A DNA stretch of 1,601 bases from Escherichia coli (GTDB taxonomy: Bacteria > Pseudomonadota > Gammaproteobacteria > Enterobacterales > Enterobacteriaceae). The notes below the pieces were generated by a model that did not search any database, had not been told where the DNA came from, and saw only the letters and a list, made by a program, of their open reading frames with translations. The stretch lies in the NCBI RefSeq assembly GCF_003334335.1, contig NZ_QOWQ01000101.1, one strand, 5' to 3'. Each line of letters begins with the position of its first letter. Positions within the stretch are counted from its first letter, which is position 1. Both the position numbers and the translations under genes were made by a program. Positions 1 to 1,601 of this stretch are shown piece after piece.

Positions 1-1601
1 GAACTGGCCTACGCTCTCTGGCCTGGTGATGTGGATGCCGGAAACATTGACGGCAGCATCCATCGCTGGGCAAAAAAAGAAGTTATCGACAACGACCGCG
101 AAGACTGGAAGCGTATCTCGGCATCAATGCGCAAACAGCCTGATGCCCTTCGCTACGACCGCCAGACTATTTTTGGCCTTGTCCGTGAACGTCCGATCGA
201 CATTCACAAAGACCCTGTGGCACTGAACAAATACATTACTGAATACCTGACTACAAAGGGCGTGTTTGAAGATGAAGGAACAAATCAGAGCGCAACTGAT
301 ACTCTCTCGTCGCCAGTACCAGAAACTGATGCAGTGGAAACGGCAATTCCAGACAACGAAAAAACCGAATGCAAAGTGGAAGTCGAACCATCTGTAGAAC
401 GTGAGGGGCCGTTCTACTTCCTCTTCACCGACAAGGATGGCGAAAAATACGGTCGCGCAAACAAACTTTCTGGTCTGGATAAGGCGCTGTCTGCTGGGGC
501 TACTGAAATCACGAAAGAAGAATATTTCGCCCGCAAAAACGGTACATACTCAGGTTCACAACAAAATACTGGTGCATCTGACACGACCGCACAACCAGGG
601 TCAGTAAAAGTTACCGCTGACGAAGTAAACAAAATTATGCAGGCAGCCAATATCAGCCAGCCTGACGCCGATGAACTGCTTGCAGTATCACGTGGTGAAT
701 TTGTTGAAGGGATTAGCGACCCGAATGATCCGAAATGGGTTAAGGGGAACCAGACCCGCGATTCTGTGAACCAGAACCAGCAAGAAACGGAACAGAACGA
801 CCAGAAAGCGGAACAAAACAGCCCAAATGCGTTACAAAACGAGCCAGAAACGAAACAGCCTGAATCAGTGGCGCAACAGGAAGTGGAAAAAGTCTGCACC
901 GCCTGCGGTCAGACCGGCGGCAACTGCCCTGATTGTGGCGCGGTAATGGGCGACGCAACATACCAGGAAACATTCGATGAAGAGTATCAGCCTGAAGTTC
1001 AGGAAGATGATCCGGAGGAAATGGAAGGCGCTGAACATCCACACAAGGAGAACACTGGCGGCAATCAGCATCACAATAGCGATAATGAAACTGGCGAGAC
1101 GGCAGATCACCCAATTAAGGTGAACGGTCATCACGAAATCACATCCACCAGCAGGACGTGTGACCATCTAATGATCGACCTTGAAACCATGGGAAAAAAT
1201 CCTGATGCCCCGATCATCTCAATAGGTGCAATATTTTTCGATCCGCAAACCGGAGATATGGGACCGGAATTTAGTAAGACTATCGATCTGGAAACTGCTG
1301 GCGGAGTCATTGATCGGGACACCATTAAATGGTGGCTTAAGCAATCACGCGAAGCGCAATCTGCCATTATGACCGATGAAATCCCGTTAGATGATGCACT
1401 GTTACAATTGCGGGAATTTATCGACGAAAACTCCGGTGAATTTTTTGTTCAGGTTTGGGGAAATGGAGCCAACTTCGACAACACGATTTTGCGCCGTTCA
1501 TACGAACGGCAGGGGATCCCCTGCCCGTGGCGTTACTACAACGATCGCGATGTACGCACAATCGTTGAGCTGGGGAAAGCCATAGACTTCGATGCCAGAA
1601 C
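1..1601 (+). CDS. recE: Internal fragment (partial at both ends) of a large prophage RecE-like exonuclease (exodeoxyribonuclease VIII family) carrying a zinc-ribbon linker and a DnaQ-like 3'-5' exonuclease domain
   Basis: Frame 1 is open across the entire window (533 codons, no stop), while every other frame is broken by stops. Translation reads ELAYALWPGDVDAG...[25 protein letters not shown]...CTACGQTGGNCPDCGAVMGDATYQETF...DPEEMEGAEHPH...MIDLETMGKNPDAPIISIGAIFFDP...WGNGANFDNTILRRSYERQGIPCPWRYYNDRD...AIDFDAR. The segment from codon ~224 to ~348 closely resembles the RecE (Rac prophage) linker region as I recall it ([24 protein letters not shown]...CNACGQTGG.NCPDCGAVMGDATYQETF...DPEEMEGAEHPH). 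Symbol given as recE-like; the domain after the linker differs from canonical K-12 RecE. Confidence 0.6.
895..936 (+). other. Four-cysteine zinc-ribbon-like motif (C-x2-C-x6-C-x2-C) in the linker of the CDS
   Basis: Codons 299-312 read C-T-A-C-G-Q-T-G-G-N-C-P-D-C, with Cys at codons 299, 302, 309 and 312. It is embedded in otherwise acidic, Q/N-rich low-complexity sequence, typical of a small metal-binding knuckle. Confidence 0.55.
1171..1601 (+). other. DnaQ-like (DEDD superfamily) 3'-5' exonuclease domain within the long CDS, continuing past the window end
   Basis: Exo I-like motif M-I-D-L-E-T-M-G (nt 1171-1194, acidic D393/E395 in window codon numbering). Exo II-like motif W-G-N-G-A-N-F-D-N-T-I-L (nt 1456-1491, D493). 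Candidate Exo III Y-x3-D in W-R-Y-Y-N-D-R-D (nt 1528-1551). Spacing and hydrophobic beta-strand context (PIISIGAIFFDP) fit the RNase T / DnaQ / Rv2179c-like fold. Confidence 0.7.

Noticed and set aside
72-78. A7 homopolymer (plus shorter A6/T6 runs at about nt 359-364, 1194-1199 and 1441-1446) as possible slippage or phase-variation sites
   Set aside because: The runs are short for efficient slipped-strand mispairing and simply encode Lys-Lys or Phe-Phe in frame. There is no downstream alternative frame of meaningful length nor a slippery heptamer plus structure suggesting programmed frameshifting.
748-891. Apparent repetitiveness (recurring gaacag/aaccag/cagaa units) as a possible tandem DNA repeat
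   Set aside because: The pattern is imperfect and is explained by codon choice for a Q/N/E-rich low-complexity peptide. There is no exact unit length or direct-repeat structure characteristic of CRISPR or satellite repeats.
414-1367. Four overlapping reverse-strand ORFs from the track (414..899, 740..1114, 865..1167, 1131..1367; 78-161 aa)
   Set aside because: All lie entirely antisense to the continuous + strand frame, which has clear protein motifs. Their translations are Cys/Ser/Phe/Leu-rich low-complexity strings typical of the antisense of acidic Q/N/E-rich coding sequence, they overlap one another in different frames, and none has recognisable motifs.
26-1585. Short + strand frame-2 ORFs from the track (26..226, 401..607, 1391..1585; 64-68 aa)
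   Set aside because: They are out-of-frame ORFs embedded in the long frame-1 CDS, with no recognisable motifs and no sequence context for initiation. The frame-1 translation carries all the interpretable signal.
1-1601. Promoters, terminators, attachment sites or mobile-element ends
   Set aside because: The window is coding throughout in one frame. No intergenic space, inverted-repeat terminator followed by a T-tract, or terminal inverted repeats are discernible, and any promoter-like hexamers within coding sequence cannot be supported without context.

Overview
The whole 1,601-nt window is a single uninterrupted + strand reading frame (frame 1, nt 1-1599 = 533 sense codons, with no stop and no credible start inside the window). 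It is therefore an internal fragment of one large multi-domain protein whose start lies upstream and whose stop lies downstream. The central part (about nt 670-1050) matches, from my recollection of the E. coli K-12 Rac-prophage RecE (exodeoxyribonuclease VIII) sequence, the RecE segment containing a C-x2-C-x6-C-x2-C zinc-ribbon-like motif flanked by acidic low-complexity linker. The 3' third (nt 1171 to the end) encodes a DnaQ-like DEDD 3'-5' exonuclease domain with recognisable Exo I (MIDLETMG), Exo II (GNGANFDNTIL) and a candidate Exo III (Y-x3-D) motif. In K-12 RecE, as I remember it, the PD-(D/E)XK nuclease domain begins at the equivalent position, so this looks like a mosaic or fusion variant of a prophage recombination exonuclease. 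That domain architecture is the most interesting thing here; I see no evidence of a multi-gene system because the window is entirely one gene. Codon usage and composition look enterobacterial (E. coli-like prophage). There are no RNA genes, CRISPR repeats, mobile-element ends or intergenic regulatory regions. All reverse-strand and frame-2 ORFs in the supplied track lie inside this long frame and are judged artefacts. All homology statements are from memory and need a database search to confirm.
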